In this document: positions 38,983 through 51,800 of the stretch, piece by piece
Layout of the letters: every line of letters starts with the position of its first letter
Position numbering within the stretch: the first letter of the stretch is position 1
NCBI GenBank assembly: GCA_051294375.1
Contig: CM119267.1
Location: 10,787,045-10,851,044 of the forward strand
Source: Paraspadella gotoi
Lineage: Eukaryota > Animalia > Chaetognatha
Length of the DNA stretch: 64,000 bases
Direction of reading: 5' to 3'
The notes under the pieces: model-generated
Seen by the model: the letters and a program-made list of their open reading frames with translations, nothing else
The model's database searches: none
Told to the model about the DNA's origin: nothing
Program-made: the position numbers and the translations under genes

Positions 38983-39056
38983 TGCTTTTTTTTCTTGTTA
39001 ACGCAATAGCAAAGTATCTAACACAAAAAGACAACCAGAATAGCTTTACAGCCCAG

Positions 39057-39607
39057 TCAATAAAATTTAGAAGTGATGGCGATAATCTTGGAAAACTCTC
39101 CGCCCGCCATTTGTCTCAAACAGGAGGGGATGGGGGCGAGAACGCGTTTTCCTGTCGGCATCCCGTTCTTCTCGATCAAAACGAGGTTGTTAGTGTCAAA
39201 CTTGGGAATGTGAGAGTATTGCGGGGCCTTGACGCCGACGATGTAACCCCGCTTCTTTTGGCCCCGGATGGCGACGGTGACTTTGTCACCGAGTCGCGCG
39301 TATTTTCGATTCCCGCGCCGCGCACGGTCTCCCCAAATTCCGATGATTCGCGCCGGTTTGTTCGCCATTTTAGCCTCGCGACCTGAGAGAAAAGGGAGCT
39401 TTATTTGGTTGTTCAGTGTTCGTCGTCTCGCGTTAAAAATAATGACCGACCGATCTGAGAATCGTCCACGACGTTAAGTCGGGATATTTTCGGCAACCAA
39501 TCAAGAACCGGAGACGTGCAGAACGACCGAGAACACGCATTTTGGCAAAATAAAATGTTTTTCAGAGAAGGAATCGTGGCATTTAGTTTTTTGGTTAGGA
39601 ACGACAT
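39057..39607 (-). CDS. MRPL14: Mitochondrial ribosomal protein uL14m, 2 exons
   Basis: Presequence, then SRLNVVDDSQIG spliced to REAKMANKPARIIG..ARLGDKVTVAIRGQKKRGYIVG..PKFDTNNLVLIEKNGMPTGKRV..FSKIIAITSKFY. Confidence 0.93.
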
Positions 39608-39898
39608 TTTGATTAAAATGTATGTAAATATCGTCTTTGCTGAAAAAACGAACACAGATTCGACCTTAAAATGGTAACAAAGAGCTGCAATCCATACTTA
39701 ATAAATACAAATAATTGTTAGCATTATGCTATCAAAATAAAGACGCGGTCAATATTTGCCGTTTTTAAGCTGTATAGAACAAAAGAAAGCCGAATTTAAT
39801 ATTGAAAGAAAGCTGAATTTAATAATGAAGTTAATAAAAATTCTTCTAGATAAGTAGATATTAATATATATAAATAAGCACCAAGAAAAATTGTGTTT

Positions 39899-42136
39899 TT
39901 AACCTTTAGTTTTATTGACAAAATTCATTATGCCCATAAATTTGTAATTGATGTATGTAGACTGGGAATTTTGCTCCATGACGGCCAAATCTTTGACGGT
40001 AGGGGCCAGCGCTTCCACATGTCCTTTGTACAAACCACTTGCGCCCTGCTTCCTTTTCGCTCCGTAAACAACTTTTCCGTCGAACTCGTCCAAAGGGACT
40101 TGGAGATCCGTAGAAATTTCCGGTATGCTGACTCCGAGGTGCTCCTCTATCTCGCCGACGATTTGAGGCTCGTTGTACCAAATGCAACAACCTTTTTCCG
40201 AAGTCAGGTTAGTGTTGTAGCAGTTCTTTCCCCTCGATGAACACCATTGTCCGTGGTACCACACCTTTTCCTTAACTACGGAGGCGAAAGAGAGCGCGAG
40301 CCCCATGCGCTCCGCCCTACCTACGCGACCGATTCTGTGCACGTAGTTCTCCTTCTCGTCGGGCAGCGTCACGTTGATGACGAAGGGCAGACCGGAAACA
40401 TCTAAACCGCGGGCAGCGACGTCTGTGCAGATCAAGAAGCGAACTTGGCCTTGCTTAAACGCCCCCAGATTGGCTTTTCTTTGCGGCGGCGGTCGGTCGC
40501 CGTGGAGGCAAACGCAAGTAAATTTGCCGGGAAATTGTTTCTCGTACGTTTTCAGATAGCGCTCCATGTTGTCGCAATCTAATTTCGTCCGGCAGAAAAT
40601 GATGGCTTTGTCCATTTTGTGGACCTGAATCGCGCGAACCGTGTATTCCCCCTTGAGGATCTTAACTGCTTCGGAGAGAGTTTCTGGTGTTTGACCGCCC
40701 AAACGGTCGCGCTGATGAACTCCGTCGGTGTCCACGCGACGAGATATAGTCTGCCAGGAAAGATCGGTTCGAGGATCGACACGAAGGACAGAGTGATGAA
40801 CCGTGTCCGGAACGGAATCTTGACCTTTGAGGTCAACCCAAGTGGGAAAATTCATAAGCCGCTCTGACATCTTTTTTACGTCGAAATTATGTAGCGTGGC
40901 ACTACACACGATCATTTGCAGTTTCATACCGTCAACGGTGACTTTAGGGATTTTAGCATGAACTCGGTTAATGAGGTCGGTGTATCCCTGGGTTAATAAC
41001 CCGTCGCATTCGTCAAGAATGAAGAACCTCACCGCGCTTAAGGTTAACGTACCCGAGCTGATTAGGTCTTCCAACCGACCGGGGGTGCCGACGACGATAT
41101 CGATGCCCGCTTGAAGCTTGGAGATTTGGATTTGGGCGGACTCTCCCCCTACAATGAGCAGTTCTTGAGGAACGCAGTCTTTGAGGTGCTTTTTGAACTT
41201 TCCGACTTGATTGAAAGTCTGTTCCGCCAACTCGCGAGAGGGTTCGATTATGATGGCTTTTGGCCCGGACAAGGTCGCCTTTGTGGTTGAGGAAGATTGA
41301 CTTCCGAAATTGGGAGAAATCACTACGTTGGCTGCCGGGGCTTTGTTAAAAGCTATATAGCCCTGAGGCGGTTCGTGCTTGAAAGGCTTCTGCCCGAAGT
41401 TGAATTCCATTTCCGCGTTTTTCAAAACGACGGCGGCGAAGAAACTCTGATTCTGCAGATTCTGAGGAATGTCGTAAGCAACGCCGAATACATTGCCGTT
41501 TTTGGACCATCGAATCGTATTGTCGTCAAGATCCAACAAATTCCCAACGACGTCGAACTTTTCAAACGGCTCTCCGTAAGAGTCGAACTGGCGTCCGAAA
41601 GACTTTTTCCCCGTTCCCCCAAACCCGTACCCTTTGCTGTCGGTGCCGAGTTCTAAAGTGGCGCTGGAAATGGAGAAGCCAACTCGGCAAAGACCTTCGT
41701 CCGACACCATCGCCTCGAAGTAGTATTTGCCTGAGCCGCTTACCCCGCGCGTGGATCGAGTACCGTGCCAGCCGTTTGGGTCTCGAGCCTGGCACGTGTA
41801 GCCCTCGGGGTCGATGGCAAGGTACTCGGTCCGGTCGAAGGGATTCATTTCCCAGACCAGCGACTTTTTTGGGAGCGAGACTTTGACGGACTCGGCGGAG
41901 CGTTTGCCGGATTTCCCTTCCTTGATGTCGCGCAAAGTCTCGTGCACGATTTGAATGACGGGAAGGCAAAAAGCGCCGGTTTTGCCGCTTCCGGTCTCGG
42001 CGGCCATCAAGACGTCACCTCCACCAAGAATCAGAGGGATCGACTCGGATTGGATATCGGTCGGCAGCGACCAGTCCATTTCCTCCACCGCCAGAGCGAT
42101 TTCCGGGATCACTCCCATCTCTTCGAAAGCCGTCAT
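39899..42136 (-). CDS. DDX1: DEAD-box RNA helicase DDX1 with SPRY insertion, intronless, 745 aa
   Basis: [21 protein letters not shown] insert ([15 protein letters not shown]), [28 protein letters not shown]. Confidence 0.98.
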   Translation of the reverse strand: MTAFEEMGVIPEIALAVEEMDWSLPTDIQSESIPLILGGGDVLMAAETGSGKTGAFCLPVIQIVHETLRDIKEGKSGKRSAESVKVSLPKKSLVWEMNPFDRTEYLAIDPEGYTCQARDPNGWHGTRSTRGVSGSGKYYFEAMVSDEGLCRVGFSISSATLELGTDSKGYGFGGTGKKSFGRQFDSYGEPFEKFDVVGNLLDLDDNTIRWSKNGNVFGVAYDIPQNLQNQSFFAAVVLKNAEMEFNFGQKPFKHEPPQGYIAFNKAPAANVVISPNFGSQSSSTTKATLSGPKAIIIEPSRELAEQTFNQVGKFKKHLKDCVPQELLIVGGESAQIQISKLQAGIDIVVGTPGRLEDLISSGTLTLSAVRFFILDECDGLLTQGYTDLINRVHAKIPKVTVDGMKLQMIVCSATLHNFDVKKMSERLMNFPTWVDLKGQDSVPDTVHHSVLRVDPRTDLSWQTISRRVDTDGVHQRDRLGGQTPETLSEAVKILKGEYTVRAIQVHKMDKAIIFCRTKLDCDNMERYLKTYEKQFPGKFTCVCLHGDRPPPQRKANLGAFKQGQVRFLICTDVAARGLDVSGLPFVINVTLPDEKENYVHRIGRVGRAERMGLALSFASVVKEKVWYHGQWCSSRGKNCYNTNLTSEKGCCIWYNEPQIVGEIEEHLGVSIPEISTDLQVPLDEFDGKVVYGAKRKQGASGLYKGHVEALAPTVKDLAVMEQNSQSTYINYKFMGIMNFVNKTKG

Positions 42137-42300
42137 TTTTCGCTGTAAAATAGAAAATCTTTTACGCTGTTAGTGAATCATCTGGCATCGATTATAAACA
42201 AAAGCGACGCAATATGACAAGATAAGCGAAAAAAAAAAGTATTGAAGTATGTAAAATCGCAGAAATTCGGCCAAAACGAAAGTGTCATTTCCACGAAGAC

Positions 42301-43456
42301 TTAATAGTTTTTGAATTCCATGCCATCAGGGCATTGCATATCCGTATGCTTGTCTCCAATTTCGCTCCAATTGGTGGAGAGAACAGTGCCATTGCTCTCT
42401 TGGAAGGACTTGTTCATGGCTTTCTTGGTTTCATCGCTAGCATTGGAGTAAATGTCCTGAAACAGCTTGTTTAATGCCGCGTCACCCTCCAACTTTTCGT
42501 CCTTCTCCTCCTGCTTGACCTGGGGTACATTTATGTAAAATATTACTACCTAATACTAAATTCTTAACATCTTGACAGTCAAACCTCTTGTGCCAGCTTG
42601 TCCCAGTCTTTGGAGGCTTTGGCAGAAGACGGATAAGTCAGAGCAGACTGATTAGAATCCACCTTGAAATTTTTGACTTTAGGATCGACCTTATTTTCTT
42701 CCGCCTCTAAAACTGGCCATCTGGAGCTGTCGGCTGATTTATTTAAAAGATTACAATCAGGGTCAAGTTACCGTGATATGTACAGATTTAAATTCCACGA
42801 ACCTTTTTTTAGTTTGATTTCAACCTTCGACTGAAGAACTTTAAAGGCGCACTGCTCTTTGATAATTTTGTCCGCCAAGTTGAGGTTTAACTGATAAACT
42901 ACGTCGGTTTGTGGGATTTTGACTCCGAATTTGAGCCAGTCCTCGCCGTAATCGATTGTAACGTCGTCCGGGTTCACCTTCTTGACGAGAATGTTAACGT
43001 TAACGTGGGTGTCTGTTTGGTACCAGTCACGTTTCACAGCCTTGAGAATCTGGTTTCGTTTGCAATCAGCCAGCATGTCGTCTAAGGACTTTTGATCTTC
43101 ACCTAGAGATACAAAAATAAAAGAAAAGAAGACATACGTAATAATCTAGAAGCAATAAAGTAGACTCTCACCTTCGTATCCATGATCTACAGCAGACTGC
43201 AGCGCATCTCTGGCGCCGGAAAATTCATTAAGGTGGAACAACGCTTTTCCCTTAAGAAACCAAGCCTCGGCTGACTCGGGTTGCAGCTCCACCAGCTGTT
43301 CCGATCCAGAGAGAGCGCCCTACAATCGAAACGGTCTATTTACAGAAAATGAGTTTCTAGTGAGCAAGGTACATTAAACTAGATCTCAATTACTTGGTGG
43401 TTGTCTTCCATCAAATCCTTTTTAATCTGGTTAACGAGCACCTCAACTTCTTCCAT
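42301..43456 (-). CDS. SUGT1: SGT1 co-chaperone (TPR-CS-SGS), about 5 exons
   Basis: CS domain [19 protein letters not shown]; [14 protein letters not shown]; SGS domain [41 protein letters not shown]. Confidence 0.95.
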
Positions 43457-43626
43457 GATTGTTATTTTTTTTTAAATTTATTCACGGCTTAATAATTATG
43501 AATATTATTAATTATAAAAAACAAACTAAATTCGTAACAGCAAAACAACAAAAATAATGTTACATTTGATACCGTTAGTATCGGTCCTATACCCTCATTA
43601 TTTTTTTATTAAAAAAAACATTGTCT

Positions 43627-44464
43627 TCACTGGTTCTGCTCCAAAGCGGCGTTGACTGTGGATTTGAGACCTTCGATGACGAGACGCGGCTCCGGCGACG
43701 AAGTTATCGCGGAACCGGAGACAATCATGTTGGCGCCGGCGTGGGCGCAGGCGTCGATGGTAGAGGGACCCACTCCCCCATCGACCTCAATGTCCAGTTG
43801 AGCAAATTGCTCACGAAGTTTCATCACTTTCGGCATCATGTCATCCATGAATTTTTGTCCACCGAATCCCGGTTCGACGGTCATTACCAAGATCATGTCG
43901 GCGTGCTCCACATAAGGCATGACGGCGTCCACCTCGGTGCCTGGCTGAAGACGAAAGACAACGTCGCCACAATCAACGGAAACGGTAAAGGTTGCGCTCG
44001 ATCAATCCGCGCCTTCACCTTGATGCCAATTCCCACTTTCATTCCACTCTCCCGGATTTTCCTCGCTGTCTCGATTGGAGTCTCCGTAGCTTCGAGGTGG
44101 AATGTAAAAATGTCTGTTCCCGAGTCCGCCATCGAGTCGATCCATTTATCAGGATTCGCCACCATCATGTGGGAGTCGAAATAAACCTCTTTGCCCAAGT
44201 TTTTCCTAATCCATCGACCAAAAAATTTGTAGAATGCTCAAATTAGGCTCTCAATAATAAAACCGATTTACTACCTGACCTTAAACATTTGACAACCGGA
44301 GGACCAAGGGTTATGTTGGGCACGAAATGACCGTCCATGACATCGAGGTGCAGATAATCCGCACCCGCTTCCAGCAACCGAGAACATTCCAAAGACAAAT
44401 TGGAAAGATCGGAGTTCAAAATCGAAGGACCGATTTGTCCCAGTACCTTACCGTTCCTTGCCAT
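43627..44464 (-). CDS. RPE: Ribulose-phosphate 3-epimerase, 3 exons
   Basis: [69 protein letters not shown]. Confidence 0.97.
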
Positions 44465-44689
44465 TTTAACGTGAACCACAAAGTGTAAAATTAAATTTCA
44501 AATTAATCCTCGACTAGAGAATCAATAGAATTTAATAAGTATATAAAATCATACTCCCTTCGAGAATTTTTGAAAAATACGCTTGTTCAATGCTGTAAGT
44601 GGTAAAATAAACAAAGGCAACAAAAAATAGTATTAACCGAAAATAATATCTACGCACACTGGCGTAGTATTCAGAAACTGAATTGTATA

Positions 44690-45720
44690 ATTTTAACTGT
44701 GAATAAGAAAAAATATAAAAAATAACGACTTAGAATCAAACATATCAATGTCAAGAAATACATCAAAGTGATGAAGCTGAAAGACAACAGCGGGATGGGA
44801 ACGGAAACTCCGCAGTTCCTCAGATCTGATAACTTGCCGCCACTGGGTCGTTTTAATTTTCTTCCGGGCGCAAATCGCGAATCGTGATTCCTCGAGAGGA
44901 AAATCAACTCTGGGCCAATAAAAGACAGGAAGATCGAGTTTGTGAATCGACTTGAATCATAGTGCAAGACAAACAACAGAAACTTCGATCGTGAAAAGTG
45001 CAAAAAATATTTTCGCGCCACGGCACAAATTCACTTAGCGAATTACCTTGAAGGAAAGCACCGTTAAATTGGTTGCGGATCCTGGCGCCGCGTTTTACAT
45101 GCAAAAGCTCAACTCCTCTTCGCTCGGCGGATTTCCGCCCCTTCTCTTAGCTCTCCAAGGCATGAAACCCGCTGAGAATTGAAACACGAAATATTCAGCC
45201 AAGAAATGTAACCGAATTTCCGGCCACGAAAAACAATCGTAATAAACGAAAAAACTTAGTAAATTAGAAAACCTTTAATGGCGTTCTGGTTGGAACAGAG
45301 GTCGGAAGCCAACGTTTGAAAATAATAAAAGACCGGTCGGCGCCAGAGTCAAAAGAACGTTTCGTAGTTTGTCCACATATTAATCCGTCGACTAACAAAG
45401 TTCGAAACTTCAATTCTTAATGACTTCGGTAATAAGCGGGAGGAAGGATATTCGCTGAAAGGAGGTCAAGGAGGTTGCCCTCGGCGTTGGTCAAGTAAAT
45501 GCTTAGAGACTTTTACAATTTTTGAGCTCTTGTGATTTTGATGCTCGCGCGGCGCAACCATTTTCGGCCCATCGAGTTGCTCGGGCACTAAAGGTAGGTA
45601 AAGATGTTCAGCAAGGAGGAAGACGCGTCACTAGTCGACGGTAGTGAGGAAATAAAATGGAGACGACTGAGGCCTCGTTCAACGGGGAAAAATGAGAATC
45701 ACGGGAATGTAAATAAAGGG
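44690..45720 (-). ncRNA. Candidate structured and/or spliced non-coding RNA in the only large gap of the gene cluster
   Basis: GC-richer block without a convincing ORF. Nested complementary segments 45385-45394/45632-45641, 45454-45459/45607-45612 and 45473-45478/45554-45559, a second stem-loop at about 45090-45172, and minus-strand splice-like sites. Confidence 0.3.
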
Positions 45721-46538
45721 ACTAATGACAAAGACAAATTATAAGAGCAGGAAGAAAATGATACTGGGTAAAAGTAAAATTAACAGTATAAAACTGAAAT
45801 AATTAAGGAATTACTAAATGACAAAATAAAATGGTCATTTTTATTAAAAAAATAAAAATACGATAACCTAAAATTTTTTTTGTACACAAGTTATTCAATT
45901 TCCTTGACTTCTACATAAAAAGATTAAAGCCGGTTAAAAATACACAGTAAACCAAATAATAAATAATAATGAATTTCGAGCCACCCAAAAAGTGCAAGAT
46001 GTTTCAGTATTTTGTTTGGTTTTCTTAATGAGGAAATATTAAAATCAAAAAGTTTACTTTCAGTGATTCAAACATGAAATCGGAAAAGTGACCATTTGAA
46101 AACCGCCGCTATAAAAAATTCATTTCACGAAAACGCGTAGAGATTTTAAATTTTTTAAAAAAGATACAAAGTCAAAGACAAGATACGTACAATTTTTATA
46201 AATAAATTTATTGATAATTGATTTTGTTTTTAGTTGGAGAACTTTTTCTAGCGATATTACCCATAAATTAAAATTTTTCGATTTCAGGTCTTCACTGAAT
46301 AATTTCGAAGAAAAAATTTGTTAAAAAAAATTGTTATAGAAAAAAATAAAAATCACAAAGTTGAAATCCCTGTGAAAATTTCAAGTGTTTTTAACTGCCT
46401 GAACTATGTGCGAACATTGTTCGAAATGTTGATTTAATCTTCAGAGGCATGAGCTTGGGAAAACTGTAAATCGAGCATCAATAACCGAATAAGATAAAGA
46501 TCTAAGGCTAAGCAGTCGAAACGCTGTGAAACTACGTA

Positions 46539-47762
46539 TTATTTCAATATTCTTTTGATTTGTTTTTGTTGGTGCCAAAGTGTGTCGTCCGTGTCCATGA
46601 CTTTGTCGTTAATACGATCGAGCAATTCATTTTGAGACTCAATCTCTTCGTTAAGACCGGAGGCGAGGTGTTTGAGTCTTCCAAGTCCTTCGGACATAAG
46701 ATCCAAGTTAGTGTCGACCTCTTGCATTCGAGCCGAATTAGACTGAAAAACCAAAAAACCAAAAAAAAAAATCTTAAAAGCATAAGGATCATCGCAATCG
46801 CATAAGAAAAAAATCTGGATTGACAACAAATTTTGATGCTAAAAAAAATCAAATTTGAGGAAAAAAAATTTATAAACAGAAAGAAAAAGAAGAAAAGAAT
46901 AAATATAAAGAAAGAATAGAAAGGAAAGAAAGAATAGACAGGAAAGAAAGAATAGAAAGGAAAGAAAGAATAGAAAGGAAAGAAAGAATAGAAAGGAAAG
47001 AAAGAATAGAAAGGAAAGAATAGAAAGGAAAGAAAGAATAGAAAGGAAAGAAAGAATAGAAAGGAAAGAACGAAGAGAAAGAAAAGAACGAAGAGAAAGG
47101 AAAAAAAGAATAGAAAGGAAAGAAAGAAAGAAAGAATAGAAAGGAAAGAAAGGAAAGCAAGAAAGAATAAAAAGGAAAGAAAGAAAAAAAAATAAAGAGA
47201 GAGTGACGAGATGAAAGAACGAAATAAAAACCCGATGTTGCGATAGCAAAATAATAAAATGAACGAATGCGATGCCTAATTTTGAGAGTTAAATCCTAAT
47301 TCAATTTTTTTTTAAATAAAAACGCAGAGAGAAAGAGAGAGAGAAGCCAAATCGTTTTCGGACAAATCAGCAGCGAATGCAGCAGAGGCAGCCAGAAAAA
47401 AAAAAAAGCAGCAGCAGAAGAAGCAGGAAAAAAGAGAAAAAGAAAAAGCCATTGCAGAGCCAGCTGCAGACTCATTTTTTATTTTCCGATGAATCAGCCT
47501 GGGGAAGAGAGAGAGAGAGAGCTACATATAATTAAAAAAGAAAAGAGAGAGAGAGAGAAGGAGACAAAAATAATAAAAGAAATTTGTTTGTTTTGATAAA
47601 ACGTAAAACATATTTAATAACTGTCCTCACCCAATTTCAAGGACCTCGATAATGAGAAGCTGTATATAAGTTTTTAGGTTCATACACCCAAATTTAATCA
47701 TGAAAAAGGCGATCGATAAGTTTGGAACACCGACGACAACGACGACACTTATGTGCAAAACC

Positions 47763-47806
<44 letters not shown>

Positions 47807-48564
47807 ATGGGGGCGAGTTGTCGCCGCCTTTGATTGCTTTAAAAGATAATTGAAAATACCTTGGCCTGAGCTGCATTCAATCGATGATCGGATCCACGCT
47901 GACCCAATCCAGATGAGGTACTACTTCTCGACATATTCTTTTCGTCGAGATCATCCTCGTAAAACCCTCTAACGTCGGTTCCTCGATTCGTCGTGAAACG
48001 GGCTCGTCCCATTGCAGAGCCTTCGCCACCTTCGTCCAAGTCAACCACGACACCTTTGAGGTTAGTCCGCGCGATCGGCGCTGATTTGATCGGACTTGGC
48101 GGCGCCGCAGATTCTTTTTTCTTAAACATGCTGGCAAATCCGCCCCAAACGCTTTTGATTGAATTAATCGAGCGCTGAGTGGACTTGAGGTTAGTCTGCG
48201 TGTCATCCAAGCGCTGGTCCACGCGTTCCAGTTGCTCCCGTTGACTCAATAAATCCTCTGCAGTTGCCACGCCCACCTTTTCTGACTCAGCGATGGACGC
48301 CAGTGCGCGCTAAAGAAAACGAGGCCAACAGAAATTTAACGAAAGGACTAATTGCCCGAGTCGATACATAAACGATAAAATAACCTGAGTGCTCTCCAAA
48401 CAGGCGTCTTCGTGATGCGCAATCTGTGTTCGCATTCTGAGCATGCCGTCGTCGGCGTCGTCGTCGAAAGGATTCTTTCCGGTTCCGTTGCTTCGGTAAC
48501 CAAAAGAAGAAGGATCTTCTTCTTCGTCGTCGTCGAAAAGTCGGCTTTTTCCAAATCGAGACAT
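46539..48564 (-). CDS. SNAP29: Synaptosomal-associated protein 29 (Qbc SNARE), 3 exons (48564-48385, 48309-47860, 46742-46539)
   Basis: NPFDDD motif; LESTQRALASIAESEKVGVATAEDLLSQREQLE..QRSINSIKSVWGG; second SNARE motif VDTNLDLMSEGLGRLKHLASGLNEEIESQNELLDRI. Confidence 0.95.
46905..47190. repeat. Purine-rich minisatellite (GAAAGGAAAGAAAGAATA)n in SNAP29 intron 2
   Basis: Tandem 18-nt unit with variants. The same intron has a poly(A) run at 47768-47803. Confidence 0.92.
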
Positions 48565-48800
48565 CACGAGTCGTTCGTTCAATATAAACGTCAGAATAAT
48601 TCTACAAGTTCTTCGCTATTTAACGTCACTTCGAGAAGGCAAAAATAAAGAAATCTATGAACACGAACCGAAAGTCAAAGTAATCCTAACGTTTACAAAT
48701 TTATCCATGCGTCTAGTGTCAAGGTACCAATGATGGGTACGCCTTTATCAATTAAAGTAAATTGTGTCCGCCAAAACACTTCGAAAAATGAGTAACTTGA

Positions 48801-51800
48801 TTAGGCACGAAGGGCGCGAAATTGCTGAAAAACTTCGAGGATGTGAACGTCAACGTCAACAGTGAAAAGAAGGGACTCCAAGGTGTTGATGTATTTGAAA
48901 ACTGTTTCCAGATGAGCCAAAAACACGTTCTGCAAAATTATAGGGACTTATTTATACTTGAATAACATTATCCAATACAAACATGAATGGACAAACCTGA
49001 AGTCTTTCCAAGACCCACTTAAACCAAGGGGTCATGAAATCGACGCCGCGACTCTCGCACGACGCAAGATGCTCCGTCAAGACCATAATAAACCTTTAAT
49101 TTTATAATTTGGAGGAAAAGTTAACTTCTTCACACGCGTAAGGATAGAAGAACATCTGCCCAATTAAAGTTAAAAAGTTACCTCTGGAACACTATAAGAA
49201 ATAAATTTTTTTGTTCGCTCTGAGCCACTTCGAGCCTTTCTTCCAGTCTTTCTATCTCCTCATCTGTGGGGAGATCGACGGGAAGCTCATCCTCGGACGA
49301 AGAGGATGACGAGTCAGTCCCGGTCTCCATCCGCATTCCCGCAGCTTTTTTTGACTTCCTGTTCTTGCGTTCCCTGATTAAGAGAGCGATCGAAAGAGAA
49401 ATTCTGAAGAGTCCTTCTCGTGATGAGCGGAAACGTCTTAAGTTCGAAATCTTATAAACCTTAACATCTTGGCTTCTTCCAATTCCTTCATCAACTTGGA
49501 AACGTGCTTCTCCATTTTTCCGATGGTTCCATGTAAGATTTCCCAGATATAAAACTTTGTAATTTCGCTCTGAGCGAAAAGAAGACAACGATTAAATGAT
49601 ATTGACTAATAAACAAATAGATGAGACATACGTCGAGGGTTTAACTGACTTTCATTGCGGGAATAAAGATCCAATTGGCCACCGCAGCGCAGGTGACGAT
49701 CTGGGTGCGCAGCATTTTATCGATGAGAACCGACATCATTTGTGGGTGGGATCGCCAAAGTTCGAACAAGGAACGAAGAACCCAAATTTGTGCTAAAAAA
49801 CATACAAAATATTTAAGGCCAAGTTCGATTTTGAAATAATTTTTAAGCTTACCGTCTTCTGTATCAGCCAAAGCTTTGAAAGTTGCGTGAAACTTTGCGA
49901 TGGCGGCGAAAGAATGAGAAAATGATTTCGATCCCAAATTGAGGAGAATGTGAACGAGAACGTTGATGCGAAGAGCATTGTGGGAACCCTCTCCCTCGAT
50001 AGAGTCCACGGCAGCATTGCTAAAACATCGCAAGAATGTTACGCGCGAATTTTTTTTTTTTTTTAATCTTTGTTTTTGCGTCAATTACCTCGGTAACTCT
50101 TGCAAAATCTGAACTAAATCGGCGGCAGAACATTTTGTTTTTACGGCGTCGATAGCCTTTTGGGCGATCTCGTATCCAGGTAAATTCACGTTGACAGACA
50201 CGGCATACTTGAAGTCGGGGGCTGACTTATCCGGCAGCAGAGGCTGGTAAGCGGCTTGAGGCACCAAGTCCGCAATTCGCTTTATTTGAAGATAAAAAAA
50301 TAAAAAAATTGCGAATCAAATAGCATTTCTTAATATAATGCTTAATTCATAAGTTAATTTTCTCTAAAGAGTGATTAAAATTGACTCACAAGAAAAATTT
50401 AATTTACAAGACAGAAACTCACTTGATGATAAGACAAACGAACACATTTGATTAGTGTCTCCCGAACAAACTTGGCTTGCGGCATCTCAACGTCCCCGAC
50501 GAGCGAGTCGGCCCAGTCTTCCCATGACCAGCGGAACTGGAAATTGGAGAGATGATAAGCAAACCAGATGGCGAAACGTTCGATGCACACGGTATTCATG
50601 GTGTTGATCCGTTCGAAGAGCATTTCTGAAAAATGGGTGGGGGAGGGCGGGTAAAAATATGATCGAAAATTGATAAAATTGAAAAAATTAATAAATACGT
50701 TAACGCGATTATTTTTACAAACGACTTTTTTTTTTGGTGAACTTACCAGTGGCTTGCGCTAAAACTTGCGGCATTGAGGACGGCTGTAACTTGCACAGTT
50801 CGATCAGAAGGGAACCGTAAAATATTTCCAAATTCGGTGGATGGGGCAACTGGAAGAGCTGACCAAAGATGACCTCAACGATCATGTAATTCAAGGGTAG
50901 TTTCCCTGAAGAAAAGGACAGGGCACAGTTACTTCATTTTTAATTAAAAAAAAATTACAAATTTTCTCGACTACCTTTAAATTGAAGTTGCAATAGAGTC
51001 GCGGCGCAATCTTTCCTTTCCAGAGCGTATGTTATTATAATATTGCTGATCATATCTTCGACGATCCACCGATCAATAGAATGATAACCTTAAAAAAAAA
51101 CACAAGACTAGATTTGAGGATTTCGTTGAAAAGGCGTCACCATTTAAGATCACAACCACCAACCAGGCAGAACCGTATCCTCTGGAACATCGGTGTAATC
51201 GAACATCCTAAAGATGACCTTCGGAATGGCGTAGTGAAATCCAGGAGAATGCGGCGGAACCGAAAACTTTTCGATCGAATGCTGCAGCGCCTCGCAAAGA
51301 ATGTTGTCAAATGCCATGTACGGGCGATGAATCTGCCAAAATAGAAATTCTCAGTGCTTTCAGATCAACTTCGAGACCGTTATTTAAAAAAAAGTCATTT
51401 GAAAGCGAACCAACCTGTCTCTCGATCCACTTGTCTTGGCGTAATTTTTTAATCTGGAACCACAGGCTGTCAATGAAGTCTTCTTGAGGGTGGGGATCGT
51501 CAACGGCCCAGACTCGGATCAACTCACAATGGACCTTCGACCGGCGGTTCACGTATTTGTCGATCGAAGCCAACAGTCCGTCCAGCTCGTTCTCTTTCTT
51601 CTCGTACAGCTCTCGGCCCACCTGTGCATCGGTTAAGGGGAACAATTTAGCTATTGAAGCAATCAGTAGTCCATTGCATTGGTCAAGCCTAAACGACTTT
51701 GTATTTTTTGTATCCAAGCAAAAAAAGTTACCCATGGCAATGAAGCCAAAACGAGGTACAGATAGGAATCGGCCCTGACTTGAGTAACGTTGGGCTCGCG

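Noticed and set aside
46839-47249. Hydrophobic 136-aa ORF (FLSFLF repeats)
   Set aside because: Translation of the intronic purine minisatellite.
51622-51731. U12-type intron in NCBP1 (CCTTAAC branch-like sequence close to the AG)
   Set aside because: The donor is GTAACT, not GTATCCTT; at most a converted relic.
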